Virus record (IMG/VR): IMGVR_UViG_3300029288_000082 | Location: 64,001 to 128,000 of that record | DNA: 64,000 nt | Strand: one strand, 5' to 3' | From: a virus | Lineage: Duplodnaviria; Caudoviricetes | Shown here: piece by piece, positions 8,308 through 17,221 of the stretch | How positions within the stretch are numbered: the first letter of the stretch is position 1 | How the letters are laid out: each line of letters begins with the position of its first letter | Translations under genes and position numbers: made by a program | The notes under the pieces: generated by a model | Database searches by the model: none | What the model was told of the DNA's origin: nothing | What the model saw: the letters and a program-made list of their open reading frames with translations, nothing else

Positions 8308-8904
8308 CTACTCCTCCCATCCGTGAGCTTTGTTCCATTTGGTGGCTGCGTCCATGGCAACGTCCCAGATCCAGTGCGTATCGTCATCCAGCCACTCGTC
8401 ATGCCCCAGATCGTGCGCGACGTTCTCCGCGATCTGCGTCGCGTTGGCTTCCTCGTCATCTTCCAGGTCGCGCAGCTCGCGGGTCGCAGCCGCCTGCGCC
8501 TTGCGGATCAACGCGAACTGCTTCTGCTTCCACGCCTCCTGGTCCTTCTTAAAGCGCAAGCCGTCCGCGGCGCCCCACCCGCGCGGCAGAGTCAGGAAAC
8601 GCTCCAGCGTTCCCTCCTCCAGCCGCCGCAGTAACTGATCCATGCTCTCTTCTTTCCCCTTCCGGCCGCGCTGCACGGCCCGCTCGAAGGCGCCCGCCTT
8701 CGCCCCCATGTCATCCTGGCCCTTGAAGTGCTTCTCGCGAGCGGCCCCCCGGGGCGTCTGCGTGCGCGCCCCCGGCTGGCTGTACCCGCTCTTCTGGCTC
8801 TGCGCCGTGCAGATGGCGAAGGCCGCGCCCAGGTCCTTCCCCTGACCGCTGACGTCCGCCACGCACCGCTGCATGAACCGTGATTGCTTGCGGGGACCGG
8901 GCAT
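8308..8904 (-). CDS. Putative internal head protein with internal leader-like motif
   Basis: Basic N-terminal half, then EESMDQLLRRLEE-G. Confidence 0.55.
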   Translation of the reverse strand: MPGPRKQSRFMQRCVADVSGQGKDLGAAFAICTAQSQKSGYSQPGARTQTPRGAAREKHFKGQDDMGAKAGAFERAVQRGRKGKEESMDQLLRRLEEGTLERFLTLPRGWGAADGLRFKKDQEAWKQKQFALIRKAQAAATRELRDLEDDEEANATQIAENVAHDLGHDEWLDDDTHWIWDVAMDAATKWNKAHGWEE

Positions 8905-8925
8905 GGGCGACCTCCTCCGAGGAGG

Positions 8926-9432
8926 TTACAGCAACCCGAAGATTTTCACAAGGAACAGCCCGACCACCACCGCGACAGCGATCACTGACCCTACCACCCA
9001 CGCCACCCACGGCACCCCACGCGGCGCCAACTCACCCGAAGCCCGCTCGCGCTCCGCTCGCAGGTCCACCACCTTGCTGATCTCTCGACCCACGTCGATG
9101 TCACCGCTGTCCGACTCCGCTTTCTTCTTGGCCCGCCAGTGCGCAGGACACGACTCGACGTGGGCCTCGATAGCCTTGCCGATCTCCTCATGCACCGTCT
9201 TGATGTCCGGCTGCACATCGGCGCGGATCGTGTGCCACAAGCTCTTGATGCTAGACCCGTGCTCGCCCTGCTCGCGGATGAACGTCTTCACGTCCTTTCG
9301 CAGCTCGCGCACCTCCCCCAGCAACGTCGCGTTCTGCTGGGTCAGCATGGCGAACATCCGCGAGCACCCGGGGCGAATATCATCTGGAATTGAAAGATCT
9401 GGGGCCGGAGCGTAGCTGGATCCGTTTCCCAC
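8926..9432 (-). CDS. Coiled-coil protein with C-terminal transmembrane helix (holin-like?)
   Basis: WVAWVVGSVIAVAVVVGLFLVKIFGLL at C-terminus. Confidence 0.55.
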   Translation of the reverse strand: MGNGSSYAPAPDLSIPDDIRPGCSRMFAMLTQQNATLLGEVRELRKDVKTFIREQGEHGSSIKSLWHTIRADVQPDIKTVHEEIGKAIEAHVESCPAHWRAKKKAESDSGDIDVGREISKVVDLRAERERASGELAPRGVPWVAWVVGSVIAVAVVVGLFLVKIFGLL

Positions 9433-9495
9433 TTGTGACTCCTATGCAGATGCCGTCAGTAGGCTCATGCAAGGCACGGAACAAATGGCTACAGC

Positions 9496-9936
9496 CTACG
9501 TCAGGCGCCAGCCGATGGAGTGGAACAGGTCGGCCGAGGTCGGACCACCAGCGTCGGCCTGCGTCCAGATCACCGTGATCAGGTCGCCCGCCACGAAGTC
9601 GTCCGCCGCCGGGTCCACGGCGCCCTGCTCCACGCCAGTGCCAGAAGCCGCGTTGATCACGTACGGCGCCGTCAGGCAGCTCACGCCGCCGATCTGCACG
9701 TCGATCGTGACCGTCTCGCCAGCCGCACACCCGGTTCCGAGCGCCGCAGCCGCAGACAGGATGGTCCCGGCCGCGGGGGCGATGAAGCTGTTGACGGTAG
9801 TCGGGCCACCGACGAGAGCGCCCGCCACGATGTCCGACTTGGCGCCAGGTCCACGGCCAGCGGCGATGTCCGCAACCGCTGCAGCAGCATCGACGATCGC
9901 ATCACGCACATCGTGGGAAACAAGTTGTCCAATCAT
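9496..9936 (-). CDS. Virion structural protein, paralogous to C-terminal domain of 10026..11183
   Basis: AAGTI..GETVTIDVQIGGVS..FVAGDLITV vs AAGTI..GESMTFDVQIAGVS..FAAGELITV. Confidence 0.65.
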   Translation of the reverse strand: MIGQLVSHDVRDAIVDAAAAVADIAAGRGPGAKSDIVAGALVGGPTTVNSFIAPAAGTILSAAAALGTGCAAGETVTIDVQIGGVSCLTAPYVINAASGTGVEQGAVDPAADDFVAGDLITVIWTQADAGGPTSADLFHSIGWRLT

Positions 9937-10025
9937 TTCTTCCTCCATCCGTGGTCGCTACGTGCGCCACGATCGATCCAGTTGTTGCACTAGGGGCGAC
10001 CGCAGCCGCCCCAGATCACGATCCG

Positions 10026-11183
10026 CTAGTCGAACTGAACTTCGATGTCGCACACCGTGTCGCGCATCGGAGTCGGGCCACCGCCAGCGACGTAGGTCCG
10101 CACAACCGTGATCAGCTCGCCAGCCGCGAAGGCGTTCGCGGCCGCGTCCACGACGCCCGCCACCGGAGTGTCGATGACCGTGGTGTCATCGACCGTGATG
10201 ACGCCCGTCAGGGCCGACACGCCCGCGATCTGCACGTCGAAGGTCATCGACTCGCCAGCCGCAGCTGCTGTGCCGGTCTCCGCCGAGCAGGCCACGATGG
10301 TCCCAGCCGCCAGGGCCCGGAACACCCGCATGGTCTCCGTGGCCGCCGCCAGCTGCCGCGAGTCGGCCTGGCTGCGCCCGGCGTCGATAGCCGCGAGCCG
10401 CGCCGTCGCGGTCTGCATCTCGGTCCGGTTGGCCACGATCACCCACACCCATGTCCCGGCACCGGTCTGCGCAGCCTCCAGCAGCGCCCCGCCGTAGTTC
10501 GTGTTGAGCACGAGCGTCGCGGCGCCGTTGATCGTGTTCGCGCCGTTCGGCGTGATCGTGATCGGGTTCGTCCCACCAGCACCCTGCGAATCGACGACCA
10601 GCACCTGCTTGCCGAGGATGGCCGCGGACAGCGCGGGCAGGTTCACGACGGACGGAGCACCGATGGTCGTGGTGGCCACCTCGACGATGGCCAGATCACC
10701 ACCGCCCACGGCCACGGGGGTCGCGACCGCGTACTGCCGGTACACGCCCTTGTCGGTCTGCGTGTAGTTGACGCCGTTCCAGGAGATGACCGCGCCCGCC
10801 AGGAACGCCTGCCCGGTGTTCGTGCGTGTCGGATCGTTGTCGGTCACGTCCGCCGTGACGAAGTACGTCCAGCCGTTCACGACAGCCGCTGGGGTCGGGA
10901 AGTCGGCCGCGGCCGCGATGTCCCCCTGGTAGGGGAACGCGCCCACCGGGTTCAGCAGCCGATCCGTCAGGTTCAGCTCGACGCCCGCCTGGCTCTTCAT
11001 CCGGATCGAGTCGTCGGCCGCCATCGCGTACAGCAGGCTGGACGGCTTGTCCGTGGTGGACGTCGGGGCCGCAGCCTGGTGGACCAGCTCCACGAACGGC
11101 GTCTCCACGTCGCCCGCGAACTGCGCCTCGGTGTCGCTGATCACGGACTGGTTCAAGCGGATGGTCTTGTCTTCGTCGGTCAT
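10026..11183 (-). CDS. Virion structural / fibre-associated protein
   Basis: 385 aa, T/A/G/V-rich modules, one shared with 22491..22823. Confidence 0.65.
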   Translation of the reverse strand: MTDEDKTIRLNQSVISDTEAQFAGDVETPFVELVHQAAAPTSTTDKPSSLLYAMAADDSIRMKSQAGVELNLTDRLLNPVGAFPYQGDIAAAADFPTPAAVVNGWTYFVTADVTDNDPTRTNTGQAFLAGAVISWNGVNYTQTDKGVYRQYAVATPVAVGGGDLAIVEVATTTIGAPSVVNLPALSAAILGKQVLVVDSQGAGGTNPITITPNGANTINGAATLVLNTNYGGALLEAAQTGAGTWVWVIVANRTEMQTATARLAAIDAGRSQADSRQLAAATETMRVFRALAAGTIVACSAETGTAAAAGESMTFDVQIAGVSALTGVITVDDTTVIDTPVAGVVDAAANAFAAGELITVVRTYVAGGGPTPMRDTVCDIEVQFD

Positions 11184-11251
11184 CGTTCTACTCCTTGTTG
11201 CTCACGGCCATCAGGATCCCACGTGGATCCCACACTGACACCCCCACGCTA

Positions 11252-12193
11252 TCACCCACTTATGCCTGCGTCAAGAACCTGGGGTGCGCGCACGAACAGC
11301 ACGCCCTCGTTGGACGCCGTCTCAGCGATCTCGTTCCACCGCTTCCGGTTCTTCTCCCACGACATCTCGCCCATGAACCGCAGCGCCTCACCGAAGTTTG
11401 GGTTGATCCCAATGGCCTGGAGGCAACTCTGCCGCGCCTCCTGCCCGCGTCGGAGCATCCACAGGCACCGGGCTTTCATCAGACACGCGTCCGCGATCTC
11501 CGGCGCCCACTTGGCCCTAGACAGGTAGTCGTCGTACCAGCGCACGGCCGTCTCGTACTTCCGCCTGTACCAGTACTCCCTGGCCAGGTAGTACGCCTCG
11601 CGCACGAGAGTCGGATCGCGCGCCATCTCCTTCTCCAAGATCCGCAACGCCCTATCCGGGTCGTTCTTGTGCGCCTCGCTGTAGCCGTAGGTGACCACGA
11701 CATCGCTCTCGTATTCAGCCAGCGCGCTCAGGTGGTTGTGAATCGCCCCCTGCCAGTACACCTCGGGGCAACGCCGGAAGGCTCGGACGGATCGATGTTC
11801 CTGCCCCGACGATTTCGCCACGGTTCGGAAACTGATGGTTCTACGCACGTCGCTAGCGAAGAAGACCGGACGAGCACTGACGTCTGCAATTACACCTCTT
11901 AACTTATCTATACCACCCGGTTCTAGCACCTCGTCTGCGTCGATCACGAGCACCCAGTCCCCTGTGCACTGGGCCAGCGCGTAGTTCCGCGCCGCCGCGA
12001 AATCGTCACGCCATGGGAAGGAGAACACCCGTGCGCCTGCGTCCAGCGCAATCTCCCGCGTTCGGTCTGGCGGATCCCCCGGTAGGCTCGTGTCCACGAC
12101 CACCAGCTCGTCCGCCCCAGCCACCGAGGCCAGGCACGCAGAGAGACAGGACTCCTCGCCCCGGACGATCATGCTCACGCTCAGCCGCATCAT
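11252..12193 (-). CDS. GT2 glycosyltransferase with TPR repeats
   Basis: LSVSMIVRGEE, ELVVVDT, DFAAARN, DADE (DxD); TPR-like helical C-terminus. Confidence 0.88.
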   Translation of the reverse strand: MMRLSVSMIVRGEESCLSACLASVAGADELVVVDTSLPGDPPDRTREIALDAGARVFSFPWRDDFAAARNYALAQCTGDWVLVIDADEVLEPGGIDKLRGVIADVSARPVFFASDVRRTISFRTVAKSSGQEHRSVRAFRRCPEVYWQGAIHNHLSALAEYESDVVVTYGYSEAHKNDPDRALRILEKEMARDPTLVREAYYLAREYWYRRKYETAVRWYDDYLSRAKWAPEIADACLMKARCLWMLRRGQEARQSCLQAIGINPNFGEALRFMGEMSWEKNRKRWNEIAETASNEGVLFVRAPQVLDAGISG

Positions 12194-12199
12194 CCCCTC

Positions 12200-15064
12200 C
12201 TACTTCGACAACACCAGCGCACAGGCGTCATCCGCCTTGCTCTCCGCCGCCTTCAACTTCTCACCCATCGTGTTGGCCCCGTAGTCCACCGCCGCCGACG
12301 CCGTCCACACGTCCAGCGCCGACGCCAGCGTGGCAATCGGGGGCGTCACCGGGAGAGCCGCGTCCCAGATATCCAAGCCTCCCAGGTTGAGCGCCACGCC
12401 CGCCGGGTAGAACACCGAAGCGTCGTCCCAGTAGAAGTACCGGTCCGTTCCCGTCGCGTCCGTCTGCCCGCTCAACGTGACCGTGATCTTGCCCGTGGCC
12501 GTCGCAGGCGTGAACGTCACCGAAAGCAACTGCCAAGCCGTCGTCTGCGCCGCCGCCGCGTACACCTCCGTCCCCCCGTCGTACTCCACCGTCAGCCGGG
12601 GCATCTCATGCGTCCCCGCCCAGTACGCAGCGTTGTTCAGCTTGCACCAGATGGCGATCACCATCGTCTTGGTCTGGATATTTCCGGTGGGCACATCGAA
12701 CGCCCACTCGAACGTCTCCCCAGCAGTTGTCGGCTCGAACCGCATCGCGCTGCCCCCCGCCGTGTGCACCGTGGTGTCGGCCAGCGCGGCGTTCGTCCGC
12801 TGCGTCTTGCCCAGCGTGTAGATCCGCCGGTCGTCCGTGGCCGTGTCGTCGTAGTCCGCGAACCCGACGCTGAACCCCTCGACCATGTCGGGCACGTTCC
12901 CCTCCGAGAGCGTGAGCGCCCCGGTGGGCGAGTCGAACGTGTAGGAGGGCATGCACCCGCTGTCGAACCCGATGTCCACCGTGTTGGCCGCCTCCGCGCC
13001 GAACTCGCTGTCCACGTCTACCGCGTTCCGCTGCGTGTTGGGGTAGAACACGACGGCGCAGAGGCAGTTGTCGTAGTGGTTCCGGGCGACCTCGATGGGG
13101 TTGATCAGCTGCCCCACGCCGACCGCCCCGCCCGTGCTCGGACTGTCCACGTTCTCGTCCTGGGCGCTCCCCCAGACGTAGTTATCGGTGAACTGCGACT
13201 CCGTGCCGCAGATGCAGAACGCCCCGTAGGCCGCGGTCGCATGGGCCCGCATGTTGTGGGAGTAGTTGCCGGTAAAGGTCTTCCGCAGCGCACCGTCCGT
13301 CCCGGGGTGGTAGCCGTAGATCGCCGCTTCTACGCTGTCGCGCAGCGTGAAGCGCCCCGAGACGTGCCCCAGCTTGTTGAAGGCGGTGGTGCTATGTGTC
13401 GCGTGCCGGTTCCAGCCGTAGTAGCGCTCCACCAGCAGGCCGTCCGGCGGTACGCGCGGGGTGACCAAAAAGTAGCCGTTCGCCGCGCCCGTGACCCACG
13501 ACACCACGTCCCGGATGAGGTACTGGCTTCGACAGGCGGCGTCCAGCGCGGCCAGATGTGGCTGATACGAGAGGCTCCCAGCTGCCCGGAATACAGCGGT
13601 ATCCACGTCCACCCCCTGCAACTGGTAGTTCGCGGCAGTCCACAGGTTGTTATCGACCGTCGCCACTGCGTTCTTGATCTTCACCCCGCAGCGGTCCAGG
13701 CGGATGACCCAGCCGCCCGCGATCCGGTCGTAGTTCGCCACGTTGCCCGTGAGCGTGATGTCCGCCCCGGCAACGCCCTGGACCGTGTACGACGCGTAGG
13801 AGCCCTGTCCCTGCACGTCCTGCTTGGTCATCACCACGGTGTCGCCGTTGACCCAGTCCACCGCGTCGGCAACGAGCAAATGCGCCTGTCCGACCACCGC
13901 ATCGTTGGTCAGCTGCGTCGCCATGTAGCGCGGGATCTGGCCGTAGGCGAACAGGCTGTTCCGCCCCGCCCAGTCGTAGGCGTTACTCGTGCGCTGCGTA
14001 ATGCTGGGGGCCGCCGTCCCGGCCGCCGCCGCGACGAAGTCCAGGATAGCGCGCTCGGCGTAGGGGATGTTCCCCCAGACCAGCGTGTGCGTGCCGTCGC
14101 CGTCCGAGGTCGTGTCGATGGCTGCGCCGCCCGAGGTCGCCGACACCGTGAACGTGTCCGCCGTGGGCGTGCTCTCCACGTAGTAGTAGACCCCCCGCGT
14201 GTCATCAAGCGGCGCCGGTAGCGTGCCCGTCGTCCGGAACGCGATCAGTTGCCCGACCGCCAGCCCGTGGCCAACCTTCGTCACCACGCCGGGGCTCGCG
14301 TGCGAGATGGTACACGTAGACGTCTCCTCGGACCCGATCCGTATCCCGGTGAGCCCACCCAGCACCAGCTTGCCCTTGACCGTCAGCGTGTACGCCGCCG
14401 CCGGGGGATTCTCCCACTCCAGCAGCGCTACCGTGGCGATCTCCGGGGCCGCCACGTTCGAGCACACGACGCATGCTATACCGTTCACCGCGTCGCCCGT
14501 CCCCAGGACGGCCCCGAACGACGTGGTGGCGTCCACCGTTACCTTGTCCTTGCAAACCAGTACATCGTCGGCGTTCCAGGACAGCGCGTTGTCGCACCAC
14601 GTCGCGTAGAACGGCGCCGTGCCGTTGCTCGTAGCGAGGTTCCACGTGCCCACGCCCGCACCGTGGCTGATCTCGAACCGCCACTTGCCCGCCGCGACGT
14701 CCACCGCGTAGGGTGCGCCGAACACGCACGGCGTGACGTACTCGCCCCTATACTGGTAGGTGCCGCTCGTGCACGTGCCTGCGATGTCGGTTGTGGACAT
14801 CGTGACCGAGGCGCGGTCCGTCCACACCGCCCCCACCAGCTCCTGGAGCTTCACCACGACCTCGCGGTCGGTCATCGAATTGGTCAGCAGGCCGAGCACC
14901 ACGCCCTGGCAGTTGCCCGCGTTGGCGAACGTCACGGCGATGGTCCGCGTGGTCGTCAGCGCGAGGTTAGTTGTGCCGAACCACGACAGGTTGTGGGCTT
15001 CCACCCGGTAGAAACCGTTGACTGTAGATAGGCTGGTCGGTCCGTTGCTGATGATCACGCTCAT
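12200..15064 (-). CDS. Large tail fibre/spike-like protein
   Basis: 954 aa beta-rich; contains ASPGVVT..HGL..G..YYV...TFTVS module common in phage structural proteins. Confidence 0.65.
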   Translation of the reverse strand: MSVIISNGPTSLSTVNGFYRVEAHNLSWFGTTNLALTTTRTIAVTFANAGNCQGVVLGLLTNSMTDREVVVKLQELVGAVWTDRASVTMSTTDIAGTCTSGTYQYRGEYVTPCVFGAPYAVDVAAGKWRFEISHGAGVGTWNLATSNGTAPFYATWCDNALSWNADDVLVCKDKVTVDATTSFGAVLGTGDAVNGIACVVCSNVAAPEIATVALLEWENPPAAAYTLTVKGKLVLGGLTGIRIGSEETSTCTISHASPGVVTKVGHGLAVGQLIAFRTTGTLPAPLDDTRGVYYYVESTPTADTFTVSATSGGAAIDTTSDGDGTHTLVWGNIPYAERAILDFVAAAAGTAAPSITQRTSNAYDWAGRNSLFAYGQIPRYMATQLTNDAVVGQAHLLVADAVDWVNGDTVVMTKQDVQGQGSYASYTVQGVAGADITLTGNVANYDRIAGGWVIRLDRCGVKIKNAVATVDNNLWTAANYQLQGVDVDTAVFRAAGSLSYQPHLAALDAACRSQYLIRDVVSWVTGAANGYFLVTPRVPPDGLLVERYYGWNRHATHSTTAFNKLGHVSGRFTLRDSVEAAIYGYHPGTDGALRKTFTGNYSHNMRAHATAAYGAFCICGTESQFTDNYVWGSAQDENVDSPSTGGAVGVGQLINPIEVARNHYDNCLCAVVFYPNTQRNAVDVDSEFGAEAANTVDIGFDSGCMPSYTFDSPTGALTLSEGNVPDMVEGFSVGFADYDDTATDDRRIYTLGKTQRTNAALADTTVHTAGGSAMRFEPTTAGETFEWAFDVPTGNIQTKTMVIAIWCKLNNAAYWAGTHEMPRLTVEYDGGTEVYAAAAQTTAWQLLSVTFTPATATGKITVTLSGQTDATGTDRYFYWDDASVFYPAGVALNLGGLDIWDAALPVTPPIATLASALDVWTASAAVDYGANTMGEKLKAAESKADDACALVLSK

Positions 15065-15210
15065 GGCTCTTCCTCAACGGGCGCTTCCTGCTCCCGCTCC
15101 AGCGCCGCCAGTTCCAGCAGCTTCACCCGCGCCGCGAACTCGTCCTCAGTCCGGCACCAGATCGTGTACCGCCGCCCGCCGATCTCCACCGTGCGCTCGA
15201 TGTGCGTCAT
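15061..15210 (-). CDS. Small hypothetical protein
   Basis: [18 protein letters not shown]..., ATGA overlaps at both ends. Confidence 0.5.
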   Translation of the reverse strand: MTHIERTVEIGGRRYTIWCRTEDEFAARVKLLELAALEREQEAPVEEEP

Positions 15211-15800
15211 GCCACGCTCCAGCTCGTGATGCGGTTGTTCGCGTCCCGCGTGAAGGTCCACACCCGCGTCCCATCGTCGGCCTCGATCAGGTAGTGGGCC
15301 GCGTTGCGCGTCAGCGTCACCGTCCGCCCCGCCGTCACCGCCACCTCCTCGATGTACCCGTCCCCGTCCCGCGTCACCGCCCCTGCGTTCACCGCCACCA
15401 GCTCGCGGGCGAAGACTGCGCCACCCACGGCCAAATCCTGGGCCACCTTGTCGTAGGTCAGGCCCGCGTCTCCCGCCGCGGCTCCACCATCGTTGAAGAC
15501 GATCTGGGTGTCGATGCCCGCCACTGGGCCAGTCGGACCAGTCGCGCCGGTCGGGCCTGTTGGACCGGTAGGACCAATCGGACCTGCTGGTCCTGGAGGG
15601 CCCGTTGGACCTGTTGGACCGGTGGGACCAACAGCAGCTGGGTCGTTGTTGTGGGCCTCGGCGATGGCCCGTGCCAGCTCATCCACCCCAGCCGCGTCAC
15701 GCGCCAGGTTGTAAGCCGGCCCGTACGCCTCGCGGCGGTAGCGCGCGATCAGGCCGGCTAGTCCGGTCCCTCGGACCGCATCACCCTCATCAATCGCCAC
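15207..15800 (-). CDS. Collagen-like (GPT)n fibre protein
   Basis: About 12 Gly-X-Y triplets, mostly GPT; C-terminal TRD/TRN beta-hairpin repeats. Confidence 0.8.
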   Translation of the reverse strand: MAIDEGDAVRGTGLAGLIARYRREAYGPAYNLARDAAGVDELARAIAEAHNNDPAAVGPTGPTGPTGPPGPAGPIGPTGPTGPTGATGPTGPVAGIDTQIVFNDGGAAAGDAGLTYDKVAQDLAVGGAVFARELVAVNAGAVTRDGDGYIEEVAVTAGRTVTLTRNAAHYLIEADDGTRVWTFTRDANNRITSWSVA

Positions 15801-15930
15801 GGGCCTGCTCCTCGTCCACGCGCGCGCGCAGCAGCTTCAGGGCCGCCCCCAGGGCCTCCGGCGGCGCCACCCCCAGGTCACGCGCCAGCGCCAGCACGGC
15901 GTCCCAGGCGTCCCGGGGGAACAGGACCAT
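15790..15930 (-). CDS. Small protein, possibly RHH-like; start uncertain
   Basis: [34 protein letters not shown]. Confidence 0.4.
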   Translation of the reverse strand: MVLFPRDAWDAVLALARDLGVAPPEALGAALKLLRARVDEEQARGD

Positions 15931-15986
15931 GACCAGGCCATCGTCTTGCGCCGGATCTGATGTGCGGGCCGCCCGGCCTGATCCCA

Positions 15987-16002
15987 GCGAACACGTGTGC
16001 GC
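15987..16002. repeat. 16-bp palindromic site, copy 3
   Basis: GCGAACACGTGTGCGC. Confidence 0.9.
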
Positions 16003-16034
16003 TTTCCCGTGGACGATCTGTGCGCGCATCGCCA

Positions 16035-16868
16035 CTAGGACACTTCTCCAGGATTCACGCCTCTTGGTTTACGACCAGCGCCCGGGGCGGGAACCTTGGA
16101 GCCAGCAGCGCGCCCAGCACTCTCATAGTTGGATGGCTGAACGTACGAGGTGTCCGGCGTGCGCAGCGCATACATGGATGGCGACCCGATGCTCAGCCCG
16201 CGATACAACACCCCCCTATCCTTGGTCTGCACGATCTGCCGGAAGGTCAGCGCCACCGTGGCGTTCCGCGGCACGCCGTTGGGGAACAGCAGGTTGTAGG
16301 TCACGTCGCAGCCCGTCATCACGGCGTAGATCACGTCGCCACCGGTTTCGTTCAACCCCACCCCAGGCACGCACAGGCATGCCACCGGCGGCGGGTACGA
16401 CACCGTGCTGCCATCCGCCACGTCGTAGCCGTAGCTGGGGTAGCAGTAGGCCCGCAGGTAGCGGATCTCCGCATCCACGTCCACGTTGTGGGGCCGCATG
16501 TCCTTCAGGTACTCGTTGCCGGGCGCCGTGAGCCCGAACGGGTCCAGGATCTTCTCGAAGACCGTGCGGTCCTCCACCGGCTTCATGAACCGGTGCAGGC
16601 GCACTTCGAAGCTGATCGTGCGCCCCCCGTTGCTGTTCCACTGCGCCAGCGCGTGCGACGCCCCCGGGATCTCCTTGAAGTTCCACCCCACCTCGATGCT
16701 GTCCTGGATGCTCTCCGGCCAGAACTGGAACGCGCGCTCCGGTAGCAGCACCGCGCTGCCCGCCGGGTCCGTCGGGTCGATGCCCACGATGGACATGGAG
16801 GCGCTCTCCATGCCCTCCGGGCCGTTCATGATGGCCTCGACCAGCTGCCCAATGAACCCGCCAGCCAT
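16035..16868 (-). CDS. Tube-initiator / CIS tube-like baseplate protein
   Basis: FQFWPESIQDS..W..IPG..QW..GGRTISF and LFPNGVPRNATVALTF pattern. Confidence 0.7.
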   Translation of the reverse strand: MAGGFIGQLVEAIMNGPEGMESASMSIVGIDPTDPAGSAVLLPERAFQFWPESIQDSIEVGWNFKEIPGASHALAQWNSNGGRTISFEVRLHRFMKPVEDRTVFEKILDPFGLTAPGNEYLKDMRPHNVDVDAEIRYLRAYCYPSYGYDVADGSTVSYPPPVACLCVPGVGLNETGGDVIYAVMTGCDVTYNLLFPNGVPRNATVALTFRQIVQTKDRGVLYRGLSIGSPSMYALRTPDTSYVQPSNYESAGRAAGSKVPAPGAGRKPRGVNPGEVS

Positions 16869-16871
16869 CTC

Positions 16872-17216
16872 CTACTCCCGTCTCTTCCTAGAATGATCCT
16901 CCACTACATCTTCATCGCACGCCAACACGTGCATTGATGCATCCATATCGGTTGCGGTGCTCCCATCTGCGTGCAACCCAAGATCGTGCAAACGCTTGTG
17001 TAGTGTCTGGATAGCCCGATAGCGCGCCAGCAGTCGAGGTGGAACATCAACACATGTCACGCATTGCACAAATAAGTAGACACTGCGGCATGTCGGGCAT
17101 ATTGGAAACTCCACAACGCGACCGCGCACACGCAAGTCGGATAATGGAAACGAGTGATCGTGCCCACACCCAAACACGACACTTGCCGTATCTCTTGTAA
17201 CTCTATATAGGCCCAT
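16872..17216 (-). CDS. Small Cys-rich protein, possible fibre chaperone
   Basis: CGH, CPTC, CVTC; lower GC; follows the fibre gene. Confidence 0.5.
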   Translation of the reverse strand: MGLYRVTRDTASVVFGCGHDHSFPLSDLRVRGRVVEFPICPTCRSVYLFVQCVTCVDVPPRLLARYRAIQTLHKRLHDLGLHADGSTATDMDASMHVLACDEDVVEDHSRKRRE

Positions 17217-17221
17217 AGTTC

